DNA from: Cycas panzhihuaensis
Lineage: Eukaryota > Plantae > Cycadophyta
Length of the DNA: 64,000 bases
Reading direction: 5' to 3'
Assembly: GCA_023213395.1 (NCBI GenBank)
Contig: CM041465.1
Coordinates: forward strand, 229,779,741 to 229,843,740
Shown here: positions 26,861 through 39,742 of the stretch, piece by piece
Numbering within the stretch: position 1 is the first letter of the stretch
Layout of the letters: every line of letters starts with the position of its first letter
Notes under the pieces: generated by a model
What the model was told of the DNA's origin: nothing
Databases searched by the model: none
What the model saw: only the letters and a program-made list of their open reading frames with translations
Translations under genes and position numbers: made by a program

Positions 26861-27725
26861 TAAAAGGTGTTTTAAACCTTCATTTGTACTCTCATTAAGT
26901 GTAATTCACCTTGCGGTCATCGAGTGATATAACACTCACACTTGCGGTGATTAAAACACTTTTCTCCTTAATCTCTTAATTACGACTTCTTAAAATGTCC
27001 ATGAATTACTAGCTAAAATTTGCTAGATTCACTAAGGCAAAAATGAAAGTCCTATGTAATATAACACTTCCAGTCTTACAAAGACCTATGGGAGTTGTTG
27101 AAGGAGAAGAGACGAAGCCAAGTCGATTCAAGGCAAATTGGTGCGAGACAATATATCACAACATGGTGTCATACGACATGACACAACATGATTGGAACCT
27201 GGGAAACTAGCACTCATTTGCTAGTAATTGATGAGTAGATTGCTCATCTTTATTTGCTTGCATATGATGCAAAATGACTCTTAATGAGTCTTGATATTTG
27301 CTTGCTCTTAAATATGTCTAGTCTCTTCATGTGCAGAAGTTGAAAGAGACAAGTGACTTATGTTGTTGAATTGTAGAGTATATAACTCTTATCAACCTGC
27401 ATGATACTTATCATACCTTTCTCTACCTCAAACTCTTTCATTTCTGAGTTGGGTAGCTTACTATTACAGCCTATTGTGTAATGGTGATGATAGTTGCAGT
27501 GTTGAGGTGTTAAGGAAAACACCTAACAATTCTATGAAGCAACAATGTCTTGAAAATGACAATAGTGCATAAAATCAAGCACGATATTGTAAACCAAGAT
27601 TATGACATTTGGAGAAGCAGGACAATGAGCGTGTTTTCACACATTGATGACCACAACTAGTATGTACTACATGAGGATAATGAAATCCTCTTTTGGAGCT
27701 TTGTAAAGGCAATCAGAAGGCAAAT

Positions 27726-28102
27726 CAACAACAGGATGTGGATGACACTGAGTTCTGATTGATGATAATCAACGACAGGATGTGCGTTTGACCACTTAAG
27801 TTCTGGTTGAGTCAATTCAACGACAGGATGTGGATGACCACTTAAGTTCTGGTTGAATCAATCCAACGGCGTGATGTGGATGACACTTAGTTCTGGTTGA
27901 TCATAATCAACGACAGGATGTGCATTGACCACTTAGTTCTGGTTGAGTCAATTCAACGACAGGATGTGGATGACACTTAGTTCTGGTTGATCCGAAACGG
28001 CGACGGGATGTGCATAGACCACCGGATTCTCGTTGATCTCTTGTAGCGCTTGAAGGCCAAATCAACGGCGAATGTGCATAGCACCTAATTGCAGTTGATC
28101 AC
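27726..28102 (+). repeat. Tandem repeat of ~43-48-bp unit, about 8 copies
   Basis: Unit TCAACGACAGGATGTG(GA/CAT)TGAC(C)ACTTAGTTCTGGTTGA, starting near 27726, 27769, 27817, 27863, 27907, 27953, 27996, 28062. Confidence 0.9.
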
Positions 28103-31100
28103 TTGATGTGGATAGCTTATTCCACCAAGACGGTATGCAAAGCGGTGATTCTGACATTTGAAAAGCCATTGTGGGCTTAATCGACTTCTTTGACTTCTTC
28201 GATTGTTCTACTACAACAATATGCCCTCCAACTATCGAAGAATTGGAGTTCCATGACAGTTCAAGCTTGTGGAAGATTACCGGATTCGCTCGACATATGG
28301 AGCATGGCATAGTTAAGTTGATGTATTGTCACTCAAGTTATATTCTCACTTAGACTTTAAGTTGTGAGAAATTTTTGAGAGACTTAGGACAACGATGTTT
28401 ATGTAAGGAAATGAACTTAACATTATGGGGGTGTTGGAATAATGTACATTCCATTTACATGTCCATTTAAGTTCATTTCATGTCATTAGAATAATTGCTC
28501 ACATAGAATATTCTAGATGAGAATATTCTAGTGAGAGAAGATTCTTAGTCAAAGTTCTAGAAGTCAAAGATGCTCAACTATTAATTAGTTAGTTTGAGCA
28601 CACCAAAAATCATGGAGTTTGTTGAACCAACTCCTATGTTTAGACATAGTGTAAAACTATAAATATGTATTTGTATCTTACATATTTTCTGAATGAGATT
28701 TGGAGAGTTGTGAGTCATTGTCGTATTGTCATCTCTTGTGCACTTTCTCACATGTGCTTTATGACATGTCTCCAGCTCATATCCTCTCATTCCAACAATT
28801 TTTGGGCAAGGCAACTCTGAGGGAAGCCCGCATGTTGAAAGAAGGCCTCGAGAAGTTTGAGAGGGCCACTAGCCAACAGGTAAATCTGAATAAAAGTAAT
28901 ATTTTTTCTTGCATACCAAGGAGAAGGTCTAGAAGAAGATCAGTAGGATTCTTGAGATGCTTATTCGTAAATTTTCGACAACATATTTGGAGATGCCCCT
29001 TTTTGTTGGATAGATGTCAAAGGAGTTGTGGTACCCATTAGTCGATAAAATGCAGAGGAAGCTAGCTGGGTGGAAGGGATCTCTGCTCAGCCAAGCTAAC
29101 AAGGTGTAGTTGGTTGCAGCTTCTCTTTAGAGTGTTCCTGTTTACATGATGTCTATCTTCAAGGTCTCAGTAAAAGTCGTGTTCACTTTGGAAGCCATTC
29201 AGAAGCGCTTCCTCTGGTCTGGGGTGGAGGAAAAGGATAGAATCCACTTGGTGGATTAGGATAAAGTGTGCAGCCCTAAGTAGGTGGGGGGGCTGAATCT
29301 TCAGAGAGTATCTCTCTTCAACAATGCCCTGGTGGCTAAGTTGGGTTGGAGATTGGCTAAGAAGGAAGGGGGTCTGTGGGAGAGAATTATGTCCCATAAG
29401 TATCTTCAGGAGAGGCACTTCTTATATGACAATCATTTACACTCTTGTGGGTCAGCTATCTGGAGAAGTGTCTTCTAGACGAGGCAGATTTTAGAGGCAG
29501 GGGTCCAGTGGAAGCTGGGGGATGGCAACACCATAAATTTCTGGAAGGATGCGTGGTGTGGTGACCTAAAGCTCAAGGGACAGGTAGATGTGGGTCTGTT
29601 GTAGGGTCTTTGTGAGGCGATCTATGGTACAAAGGTGAAGGATTACAAGGTGGTCCAGAATCAAACCACTAAGTGGAGAGACTTTCAGGAGATCCTAGGC
29701 GATCAGGGGGTTCAAGACCAAGTAGAGGCCTTAAAAAAGGTGCTAGGCCAATGCTATACCCCGAGAAGAGTAGAGGAGGACTCGATGGTCTGGCCCTTGT
29801 CCCCTTCGAGGGATTATTCGGCAAAACAAGGGTGCTTGTATCTATGCCAGGATAGAGGAGACCGAAAGCACACAATCTTGGAAGGGGTGTGGAAGATGGG
29901 CCTAAATCCTAAAATAGCAGCATTTTGGTGGTTGTGCCTTAGGAACAAGATCCTGACAGTGGATAACCTTAGAAAGAGGGATTTTGCTATGGCAAATTAG
30001 TGCATGTTATGTCGGGAGGAGGAGTCGGTGAATCATTTACTCCTCCACTGCTCTTACTCCAAAAGGGTTTGGAAGTTCATATGGGCTCAATTTGATGTCT
30101 AATGGGTGATCTCCAGAACCATTGAGGATCAAGTATTGGCCTAGACTAACCCTTTTAAGAGTAGAACCTTGGCCCACATGTGGAGAATAGCTTTGCCAAT
30201 CACATTGTGGAACCTATGGAAGGAGAGGAACAGGAGGATATTTCAAGATACCCATATGGACGAAGCCAGGACTTTCGAGAGGATCAAGGCTGGCATTGGG
30301 GAAATTGTCAAGCCCAAAGAGGAGAAATTCATCATGGACATTGAAAAGGCTATTTTGGGAGGCTGGGAAAAGGCTATTCAAGGTGTCCTTACAAGTTAAC
30401 ATTGAGGGAATCCATGTTAACATTGAGGGAATCCATGTTTGGAGTGAGGTAATCACTCAATGTTACATGGATTCCCTCAATGTTACCAACTTACTCTTTG
30501 AGTGGTAGAGCTGGATTGGAGAGCGGCAACCCTGATCAGAGACATGCAGGACACCTTGAGGAGATGGAAGAACATCCAAGTGAACCATACTTATAGGGAG
30601 GCAAATGGAGTGGTTGATAGGCTAGCCAACTGGGGGGTTAGTCATAGGAGTTCCTATTTTTGGAGTGAGGTAATCCCAAATGAGGTTATGAGTCTGGTTA
30701 TTGAGGATATGTTTGGGTTTCAACAGGACAGCTACCTACTGGGCTTATCGTGGCAGGGTGGGTAGCTAGATCTAGCAGGGGCTTGAAGCCAGGCCATGGG
30801 CTTGTCATGGCCATTCTATCAGTCGAAAGGCAGTTATTGTAAAGGGTTGGGGCCCTTGTAAAACCCCATCTATTTGTACCTAATCAAAAAAAAAAAATTA
30901 TGGGACTACAAAAGAAAAATGAAAGGAAACAAAAGGACCCTAAAAAAACATTAATGCTTTTTTAGCCCTAAACCTATTGCAACCCTAAAAAGTGACCTTT
31001 TGGGATATACAAAAACACAATAAGCATTCAACAAAAACATAAAAGACAACATTTGAGCATTTTAGGGTGTGTAGCAAATAGGCAAAAAAGAAGACAACAA

Positions 31101-31379
31101 TGACAATATTAGTGAATAATAACAACAAAAAAGTTGGTATGCAAGGAGCAATAGGGGAAGGAGGAAGTGCCAAAGTCCATTCCATATCAAAAAACAATGC
31201 CAAAGTCAAAAGAAAACACCAAGGAAAATATAGTTATGAAGGTATTTTCGAGTGAAAACTTGGTGTTTCATTTTTTAATTTTAGTTCCAAGTTTCAAGAA
31301 AAAATGATTAAGTGCGTCTACAAACCTTTCACCAAAAATATCCAATATAGAAGTATATACCACTATACAATCCAAAGCC

Positions 31380-33760
31380 AAGAAAGAATGTGGGATGTGC
31401 AAGATACTTTCTAATTTTTATGATCCTCTTCCATTTATAGGCACTTATCATAGATTGAAGGGCCATTTATGTGGCATAAAGTGGCAAAGAATCTATACTT
31501 GTAGTGAGAAATGAAAACCAAACGCAAAATTTTGTCAATGCCAAATTGCATCCCAAAGGCCAACTCCCAAATACTCGTAGACCACCTTCCCCACTCATGA
31601 TTGTTTAATTCTATTCAAGGGATTCCCACTTCACTAATACACGATCATCAAGCTGGTTCCTTAATTGTTCAACCTAAATAATCAATTTTAAAAAAATTGA
31701 TTGCTAATACTACTCCATTCCTAACAATGTTTGTTAGGAAGACTAGAGAAGATATATACCTTCTTGTAGCAACCTTTTCTAAATGCATGCAAGATCTCCT
31801 TTATTGTGCATTGATCATCCTGTTTTGAGTAGATGGTTGATCCCATTAATGAGGGACCTCAAGGATACAAGCCTCCTGCCTATGATAGCCTCTGCATGCA
31901 CTTACTAAATAAGAAAAAGGAACATATGGATAAGATGGAAGGATCCATATGCAACACATGGAGTATTAATGGCTATAGTATTGTCATTGATGGTTGGGTT
32001 GATGCATATAAACTTCCATTATTAAGCACTATTGTTTATGTTCCTTTAGGGCCATACTTTTTAAGAGCTATTGATTACATAAGGGAGAAGAATTTACTTT
32101 CTCACAGTGAACTGTTAGGCAAATCCATCAAGGAAGTTGGGTGTTTCCAATCTGTAGGGCTCATTCCTATTTGTTACCATGTTGTAGGGCTCTATTTGTA
32201 GGGCACATTCCTATTCGTTGTCATGTTGTAGGGCTCTATTTATAGAGTTCATTCCTATTTGTAAGGCTCTAAGGATGCTTGTGCAAAACTAATATTGATC
32301 TATGTATTGAACCTGATGCTATGTGCATCTATTAAATAGTGCACGTAAAGATAATAGTAAGTTAGGTTGGGTTAGCAACTTGATTTCTAACGGGAGATCC
32401 ACATAAAGGGCCATATGTAACTACTACAGAGCATAAGTTAACTATCACATGAATGCTAACATGATGGTCCCATGGAGGGGGGGCTCCTTCAAAGTCTCAG
32501 TGGCCCTGTTGAGACTTTTTAGGAGCCCAGAGGAGGTGATGCGGTAGCCCATTTCCCTCAAACTCTCCTTATTACCTAGAAATCCCTAGGCGCGAAAGAC
32601 TGCCCAAAAGACTGTTGTTAACTGTCAACGATTTCTTGCCAAAAGAAAATTGGCATTAAAAGAGAGCAACGAATAATAAATGGATATGTGTGTTGGGTTT
32701 TAGCTAAACAGTATGTGCTTATCTCAGCCCTCCCATTTTGGGTCACTTAAAAAAACTGTTGATATAGCATTTCTGCTCCAGCATTCACAAAGAAGATTAA
32801 GTTTTTCCCTATGAATGGGCTCCTTTGATAGACATGGGACCATATTTTCCTTAACAATAGCATTGTAGCGACGGCATGGAACCACACCCTAAGGTAGAAT
32901 TCCTCAACTAAGACGCACCATATTACATCATATTTCATTCTCCTCTAATGGATGTTAGAGGCAAAGGAGGAATTAGATCCCATTGTTCTTAGTAGAGCAA
33001 GAAGTGTATGGAAGCAATCTTCATATGAGCAACCTTTGCACGTAAGGTAATTGATTCTTAACACCACATTTTAGAGTGAATGCAAATTTTGAGTTGTTTT
33101 TTCACAATCAATTACTAACATGATCTAATATGCGCACACAAATATTAGGGGAGATCCATTGGGATATAAACTCCATGTGTAAGAAGATTAAGGGCTTCAA
33201 TGATCTTTGAGACATAGGTGTATACCCAACATTGAGATAATTCATTCATTATAGATGGGATTCACTTAATACACCACAATACATGGCAATAATGCACACA
33301 TTAAATCCAAAGTGGTATGATATAGAGAATATAGGGAAGAGGCCTTCAAATTGAGATAGGGAAATAGTTCTTTCTTACAAGTCATGGAAAAGATTTATGG
33401 TAGAAATGAGGATGGAGACACCATCAAATCATAGTTTGCATCTTTTGTTTTCTCATGGGGGACATTCTAATTGGTTTTGGCCTTATATGATAGGAGTTTG
33501 AAGTTTGTGACATGTTGGTGGACACTCCATCACCATCAAATGATGAAATTGAAAGCTTTTGCGTACAATTGCGTTCACATGTGACAAATACCTCTCCTTT
33601 TCAGAGGAATTAGAGTACTTGTGGCTTCATTCATTAAGCCAAGACAAGTCAATTGAAGTGGAAGAGGGAAAAAGGCATTGTTCACATCCACAACACTCTT
33701 CAACTCTTGTCTCCCAAAGACAAGACTTACTATAATGACCCTCCTACATCATGGAATGGT
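31380..33760 (+). pseudogene. hAT-superfamily transposase relic (BED finger, DUF659-type region, C-terminal dimerisation domain)
   Basis: GTYHRLKGHLCG (BED), GYKPPAYDSL...GYSIVIDGW...GPYFLRAID, RWDSLNTP...LNPKWY, WW and ERN(W)ST motifs; TIRs not identified. Confidence 0.85.
32153..32930. mobile_element. Probable solo LTR or LTR fragment inside the hAT transposase
   Basis: hAT reading frame stops after EVG; non-coding block starts with TGTAGGGCTC(A)TTCCTATTTG short repeats; no TSD found, ends approximate. Confidence 0.45.
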
Positions 33761-35260
33761 AATCCTAAATATGGCAACTTGGTAAAACATGTGGCAAATG
33801 ACATCACAGAGTTGCTATCACATTATGAAGATGAGAGGGTTTTAGTCACCATTAAGCAAGATGAGGAGTAGGACCTTAAGTACAATTAAAACCCTACTAT
33901 AGTTGTACTTGATGATGATGAGTATATCGATGTTGTCATCACTTGAGACATTAGATTTGAGGATGAGATATTATCCCATGCTACTTTTAGTTTCATTTTT
34001 CATGATTCTATATTTATGATTTATAATTCTCATGGACATATGTTATTTTTCTCACTTGTTGACAATTGTACTATTTCATGATTATTAGGCATATTAATAA
34101 TTCATGTTATTCATAATTGCAAACCCTTAAACCCACAAAACCTCGGTTTAAAGCAATGAGGCACTTTACCAAAGTGGAGAGTATGGAAAAGTGAAAATGG
34201 ACAATGGAAATGGGAAGAATGAGAAGAAAATTAGCTCAACCTAAAGTAAGAATAAAAATATTATTGATGTCCATAAAAGGCATATGGGATGGTGAAAATA
34301 CCATGTAATATATACTATCACAATTCCTAATTCAACCCCTTTCCTAGATATAATCAAGTACAAAATACGAAATACCAAAACAAAACTAGAAGAAGATACA
34401 ATTGTAGTACAAGAGAGAGATATGTAATGAACAAGAATCTGAAAAAGTAGAAAAATATGAACCCTATGCCCTAATTGTAGGATGCTTTCCACCTTTCTAT
34501 TCCCTTTATTTACCTTTCTGGCTACTATTTGTATAACATGGATGGATTATATTTTGACCTTTCCTATTGTACATTACATTCCCTTTAGCATTAGTTTGCC
34601 TTACTTTCTTAAAGATGTGTTGTGCACTCCCTAAGCTTGTTTGTGTATGTTATTCTTGGCAATCCCATTAATTGCTTTTGTCATATATGTGTGCAGCCTA
34701 AACAGCCATTTTGAGGTGCAATCAGCACTGTGAAGACTGCTGCTACAACTATGAGGACCGCAGAATCGTGAAGACTATTGCCGAATCGTGAAGACCGTTG
34801 TCGAATCGTGAGGATAGCAATGAATCGTGAAGATTGCACGCAATCGGATCGCAACCGAGGACTATCACGGGAGTGCAACCAACGGACCTGAGTGCAACTC
34901 GGCCGACCGAGGCGGCTTGGGCGTAGATGGGCAAGCAGTGATTAGTTAGGGATAGGACAAAACTGAAATTAAAAAGCGGTTATGTGACCATGTATCAATT
35001 GTATATAAAGAAATAGAATAGGTATCTATTCGATGATCAATCAATCGTATATACAGAAAGATGTGGCTAAGATCCACATATTGTGAGGGCTGTCCTCTAG
35101 TTGTAATTGCCCAGGCCTGCGTCTGGTTGTGAGAGGACTAGACGTGGTGCCCTTTATGTCATAAATAAAGTTAGTTATTGATGTTTCCACCAACACTCTG
35201 TCTCTCTTCTTGTGATGAATTCTGCATGTTAGTTAGGGATGTGAAGAGAGGCACACATCT

Positions 35261-35273
35261 TGGTTCCGTTGCC
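35261..35273 (+). promoter_or_regulatory. Primer binding site complementary to plant tRNA-Glu 3' end
   Basis: TGGTTCCGTTGCC complements ...GGCAACGGAACCA; located 3 nt downstream of the LTR end. Confidence 0.8.
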
Positions 35274-35704
35274 AGTATCCTAACTAGAAGAAAGATGAGA
35301 CGCTGTTGAAGATTAAAGGCCATCCATGCCACTTACGGTTAACTCGTTGAGAAAGGTTGAGTCAAGACAAGAGAGAAGTCAACGCTAGGAAGCGGAGAAA
35401 AGCCAGGAAGGCACTCGCAGACCCAAGGAGCTGGTGGAAAGAAAACTGGGGAAGAAAAGAGGTTGGAGGGGGCAGCAGGAAGAAAGCCAAACCCCAGTTG
35501 CATGCATAGGACGTGGCAGAGAAGAGGCAGCCCAGGAGGACAAGAGACAGTCAGCAGAAAATAAGGAATGTCAGATTCCTAAGGAAGAAGAAGAACCAAG
35601 ACAGGAGAGAGAGGGAGACCTGCAAGAGTCTCAAGATAGACAAGAAGAAGGTAAAGACCTCCAGAATTGTGAAGACAACCAGGCAAAGGAGAGAATTGAA
35701 AATT

Positions 35705-36070
35705 TCTGAAGAAAATCAGGAAGAAATCCTGAAATTTGAAGAAAATCAGAAGAATCCTAAAGATTTGTCGAAGAAAGACTTGCTGAATTCTGAAGATCCG
35801 CAAGAAGAAAGACTCGTTGAATTCTGAAGATTTGCTAAAATCTGAAGAAAATCAGGAAGAAATCCTGAAATTTGAAGAAAATTAGAAGAATCCTAAAGAT
35901 TTGTCGAAGAAAGACTTGCTGAATTCTGAAGATCTGTAGAAGAAAGACTCACTGAACTATGAAGATTTGTTGAAATCTGAAGAAAAATGGGAAGAACTTT
36001 TGAATTCTGAAGAAAATTAGAGAAACAAATTGTTGAAACCTGCAGAAAATCAGGAAGAGGTTCTGAATCT
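35705..36070 (+). repeat. ~136-bp tandem repeat (about 2.5 copies) built of CTGAAGA sub-motifs, upstream of the Gypsy-B gag core
   Basis: TCTGAAGAAAATCAGGAAGAAATCCTGAAATTTG at 35705 and 35841. Confidence 0.85.
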
Positions 36071-36399
36071 AAAGAGACTTGAAGGAAAGCAGACTGCCAC
36101 AGAAGAAGGAAAGTCAATTAATTTGGAGGTATATAGTACCACCAGAGCAGGGTGGGACTGTTACATTATGGAGGCGAAAGAATCCCATTCTCATGTGCTA
36201 AATCCGTTGTATTTAATGACTCGGATATTTTCAGGCTCATCATTTGTGGAAGAAAGCCCAGAAAGTGCACCCTTAAGGAAGGAGTGAGGGAGAATTGAAC
36301 ACAACTAGGCAGGAAGGGCCAGAATCTTCAAGTCGGATAAAAATGTTGCAAGGTAATGGAATGGGGGGGGGGGGAATCAAACAGTTTCTCCATATGTAA

Positions 36400-37460
36400 T
36401 AGTCCAAAATGATGCCATGTTCGAGCACTTACAATTCGATGGCTCAAGAGATCCTGGAGACCATTTGGCTTTATTCTCTAATATGTTGAAGATCAAAAAG
36501 ATCAAAGATCCAGAGGAAATTAAGGCAAGATTCTTCTCCACGCTGTGAGGGACAACAATTGTATGGTACCAGTACGTAGCAAAGACAAATCCCACTTGGG
36601 AAATAGTCCAGACACATTTTTTGGACAGGTTTCAGCAATTAAGAGATCCAATGTCAATATTCCAGGCTTTGGAAGAAATCAGACAAGTACCAGGTGAGTT
36701 AGCTAATGATTTTGATGGCAGACTTAAAACCATCCTGAATAAAATAGATCCTCTTATACCAATAAATCTGATGCTGTCTCTAAAGTATTTTGTACAAGGG
36801 TTGCTGCCCCATTTGAAGGAGAAAATTATGTTTCATCCTCTGAATAGTTATGACCGGGTTAAAGAATTAGCATTGCGTTTTGAAAATTAGATAAGGATAG
36901 CATACCTACAAAATGGAACCTAGAATGTTGGGCAAACATCCTTACCTCTGTGGACCACAAACTTAGAAATTGAAGTTTTAAGAAAGGAGTGAGAGATGTT
37001 AAAATAGCAACCCTTAGTAATGCCTGCTGAAACAACTCAGCAGAATGAAGAAATTAAAAAATTAAGGACGGAGATAGCTAGATGAAAAATGGGGAAATCC
37101 CGAGAGAACATATGGTGCCCTCCCCCCTGTGGACAACCAGGTCATTTTAGAAATGAACACCAACAAGTGGAGAGAAGATGGTGCGAGATTTGCAAGAGGG
37201 GAAACCACTATACGTGGGAATGTTATCATAAGAATCCAGTGAGAGAATCCTTCTATCAGAAGAAAGAAAATTCTTCCTTTAAACAATACAAAGGCAAGAC
37301 AAAGCCAGTTCGTTGTCATTTGTGTTCGAGATGGGGGCATTTCAAGATGGATTGTCCACTGTAGAAGCAAGGGAAAGACTACATTTGCGAAGAATGTGGC
37401 CCAACAGACCATGAGTGGGTGACCCAACAGACCATGAGTGGGCAAATTGCCCAAAGAATT
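36400..37460 (+). pseudogene. gag: Gypsy-B gag with four CCHC zinc knuckles
   Basis: FDGSRDPGDHL...EIKARFFSTL...WY...FLDRF; knuckles at 37113-37450. Confidence 0.88.
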
Positions 37461-39742
37461 TTGGCTTGAAAGTGCAGACTTCAAATCTAGCTACCAAAAT
37501 TCCAGATAAAGAAAAACCAGTGTATATTCAAACAAGAAGCAGAAGGATCACAGGCGCAATAAATGAAGAGAATTTCCCTGATCCAACAGTGGAAAAGAAA
37601 AGATTGCAAGAAGCGGTTGAAGCCATAGAAGAGGCGACAAGGATGGTGCAATTAACTGAGATGGAGCAAGCAAATCGATTTAGAGGACAAGTGTATCAAA
37701 GGTGATCACCAGCACATGATGAGCGATCGGAAAAGAATCCTTGGCAGAAATCACAAGATATAAAGGAATCGCTAATAGAGTCAGGTATAACTATTCCAAT
37801 AACTGTTATTTTCAAATGCTGGAAAGCCAGTTATTTCCAACAAATGATCTTGGATCATATGGAAAATCCAGTGTTGCAAGCAATGAAGGTAGATGCAATT
37901 GATCCAAGAGTTCCAATGACTCTGTATGGAATAATGATTTGTAAAACCATAGTTAATGGTGGATCAAGAGTGAATGTACTTCCTGAATCCACATGGATTT
38001 CACTAGGACGGCCAGAATTGGTTTCCCTAGATTATACAATTCGGTTAGCAAACCAATTACAAGTCCGACCAATGGGATCCTTGTTGAATATCCCAGTGAT
38101 AGTGGTGGGGATCACAGTTTGATTGGATTTTGCAGTTGTTAAAATGCAAAGCTATAATAAAACATACCCTGTACTTTTGGGACGACCATGGCTATTGGCA
38201 ATAGAGGCATTACAAGACTGGGGGAAGCTGACCTTTACTTTACATTCTAAAGGGAAGAAAGTTGTATTACCTCTTTGCTCAGATGGACCGCACATTGAAA
38301 AAGTGGAAGAGGAAGATACAATGTCCTCAACTACTGCAACCTTGGCCACTACAGTAAGTCGTTGTTCGGAGATGGCATTCCAGGCCATGAAGACTCCCCC
38401 GCATATTCCAAGTGAAACATCATCAGCATACTTGTTGGATTGGTTGCAATCTGCATGGGAAGAAACAGGGGATAAGTCCTCAAAATGTTATCTCATGGAA
38501 TTGTGCCCAGATCAACTGCAATTAGGAGAAGGTAATCCTGTAATAAAAAATCAAAAAGAAAATGTTGCAATTCCTTCTTTTAATAAAATTAAAAATGATT
38601 GCTTATATTCTGTGTCTGGAAACATGGCAATGAGAAATTGTTTAATTGAAAAACAAAAGAATGTATCCTTTGTGGAAAAAGAAAATGATTGTCAAATAAG
38701 TCCGGAAGAAACAAGAAACTTCCCACAAACATATTCCGTTACGGAATATGAACATAAGGAGATTTTTCATGCACCAGCCTATGAATTGGATTCGGATGGG
38801 AAGACAGTGCAAGGGAGGAAGCTCCAACTTAAATCAATTAACGTTTGAACAAAAGAGAATCCAAAATGTATACAGATAGGAGATTACTGGGAGCCCGAGA
38901 TGATGCAAAAAGCAACATCTCTCTTTTGTGAGTTCAAGGATGTTTTTGCATGGTCCTATAAGGAGTTGAAGGGAATCCCTTCGGAAGTGGGTAAGCATAA
39001 AATTGAATTAATGGAAAATGTAAGACCAGTAACGCAAAGACCTTACAGGATGAACCTGCATTATAAGGAACAAGTGAAGATGGAGTTAGACAAGTCGTTG
39101 GAAGACGGATACATCTTTGAGGTAGAGAACAGTGAATGGATCAGCCTGGTAGTGGTGGTACCCAAGAAGAACAGGAAACTTCGCATATGAGATGATTATA
39201 TGGCTTTAAATAAAGCCACAAAGAAAGATCCATTCCCTATACCCTTCATAGAAGATGTGTTGGAAAAGGTGGCAAGCATGAAATATTCTCATTCACAGAC
39301 GGCTTTAGCGGATATAATCAAGTCCAAATTGCAGTAGATGATCAGCTAAAGACAACATTTGTCACGGAATGGGGCACTTATGCCTATAGGGTCATACCAT
39401 TTGGGCTGACAAATGCTCCTACAACTTTCCAAAGGATTATCTTAAAAATCTTTCAGAAATTGCTAAGAAAAGTAATTGAAGTATTTTTAGATGATTAGAC
39501 TTTGTATAGCCGAATATAGGACCATTTGTTCCAATTAAGGCTAATGTTGGAATTGTGCAGGGAAAATAAATTATGCTTGAACCCAAATAAATGCACCTTT
39601 ATGGTACAATTTGGATCTTTGTTGGGACATATTATCTCAAAGAACGAGTTGATGATAGATCCAGCAAAAGTGGAAGTAATCTTGAAATTCCCTGTACCTC
39701 AAAACCCGAAAAATCTTAAAGGTTTTCTGGGAATGACCGGAT

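Larger units (their letters stand above)
24876..28797 (+). mobile_element. Young non-autonomous Copia-derived LTR element (3.9 kb)
   Basis: LTRs 24876-25242 and 28432-28797 (about 3 substitutions and 1 indel); TSD ATTTT; perfect Met PBS 25243-25254; PPT ATGGGGG. Only vestiges of gag (~27000-27120) and RT/RNase H (~27600-28360) remain. Confidence 0.95.
22804..30765 (+). pseudogene. LINE ORF2: APE endonuclease, reverse transcriptase, zf-RVT, RNase H (split by LTR insertion)
   Basis: DILFLQETK, NVYAP, WMVVGDF, RLDRLL, SNHSP (EN); FRPISLCN, KIDLSKAYDRVSW, GLRQGDPISP, HQFVDD (RT); C..C...ESVNHLLLHC; HTYREANGVVDRLAN (RNase H). Confidence 0.92.
21030..30894 (+). mobile_element. Full-length L1-clade LINE with C-terminal RNase H, degenerate
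   Basis: 16-bp TSD AAATT(G/A)TGGGACTACA at 21014-21029 and 30895-30910; poly-A at 30886-30894; ORF1 and ORF2 domains in L1 order. Confidence 0.93.

Noticed and set aside
27726-28102. CRISPR-like regularly spaced repeat
   Set aside because: No unique spacers of meaningful length, no cas genes, eukaryotic TE context, and the unit derives from Copia RNase H codons
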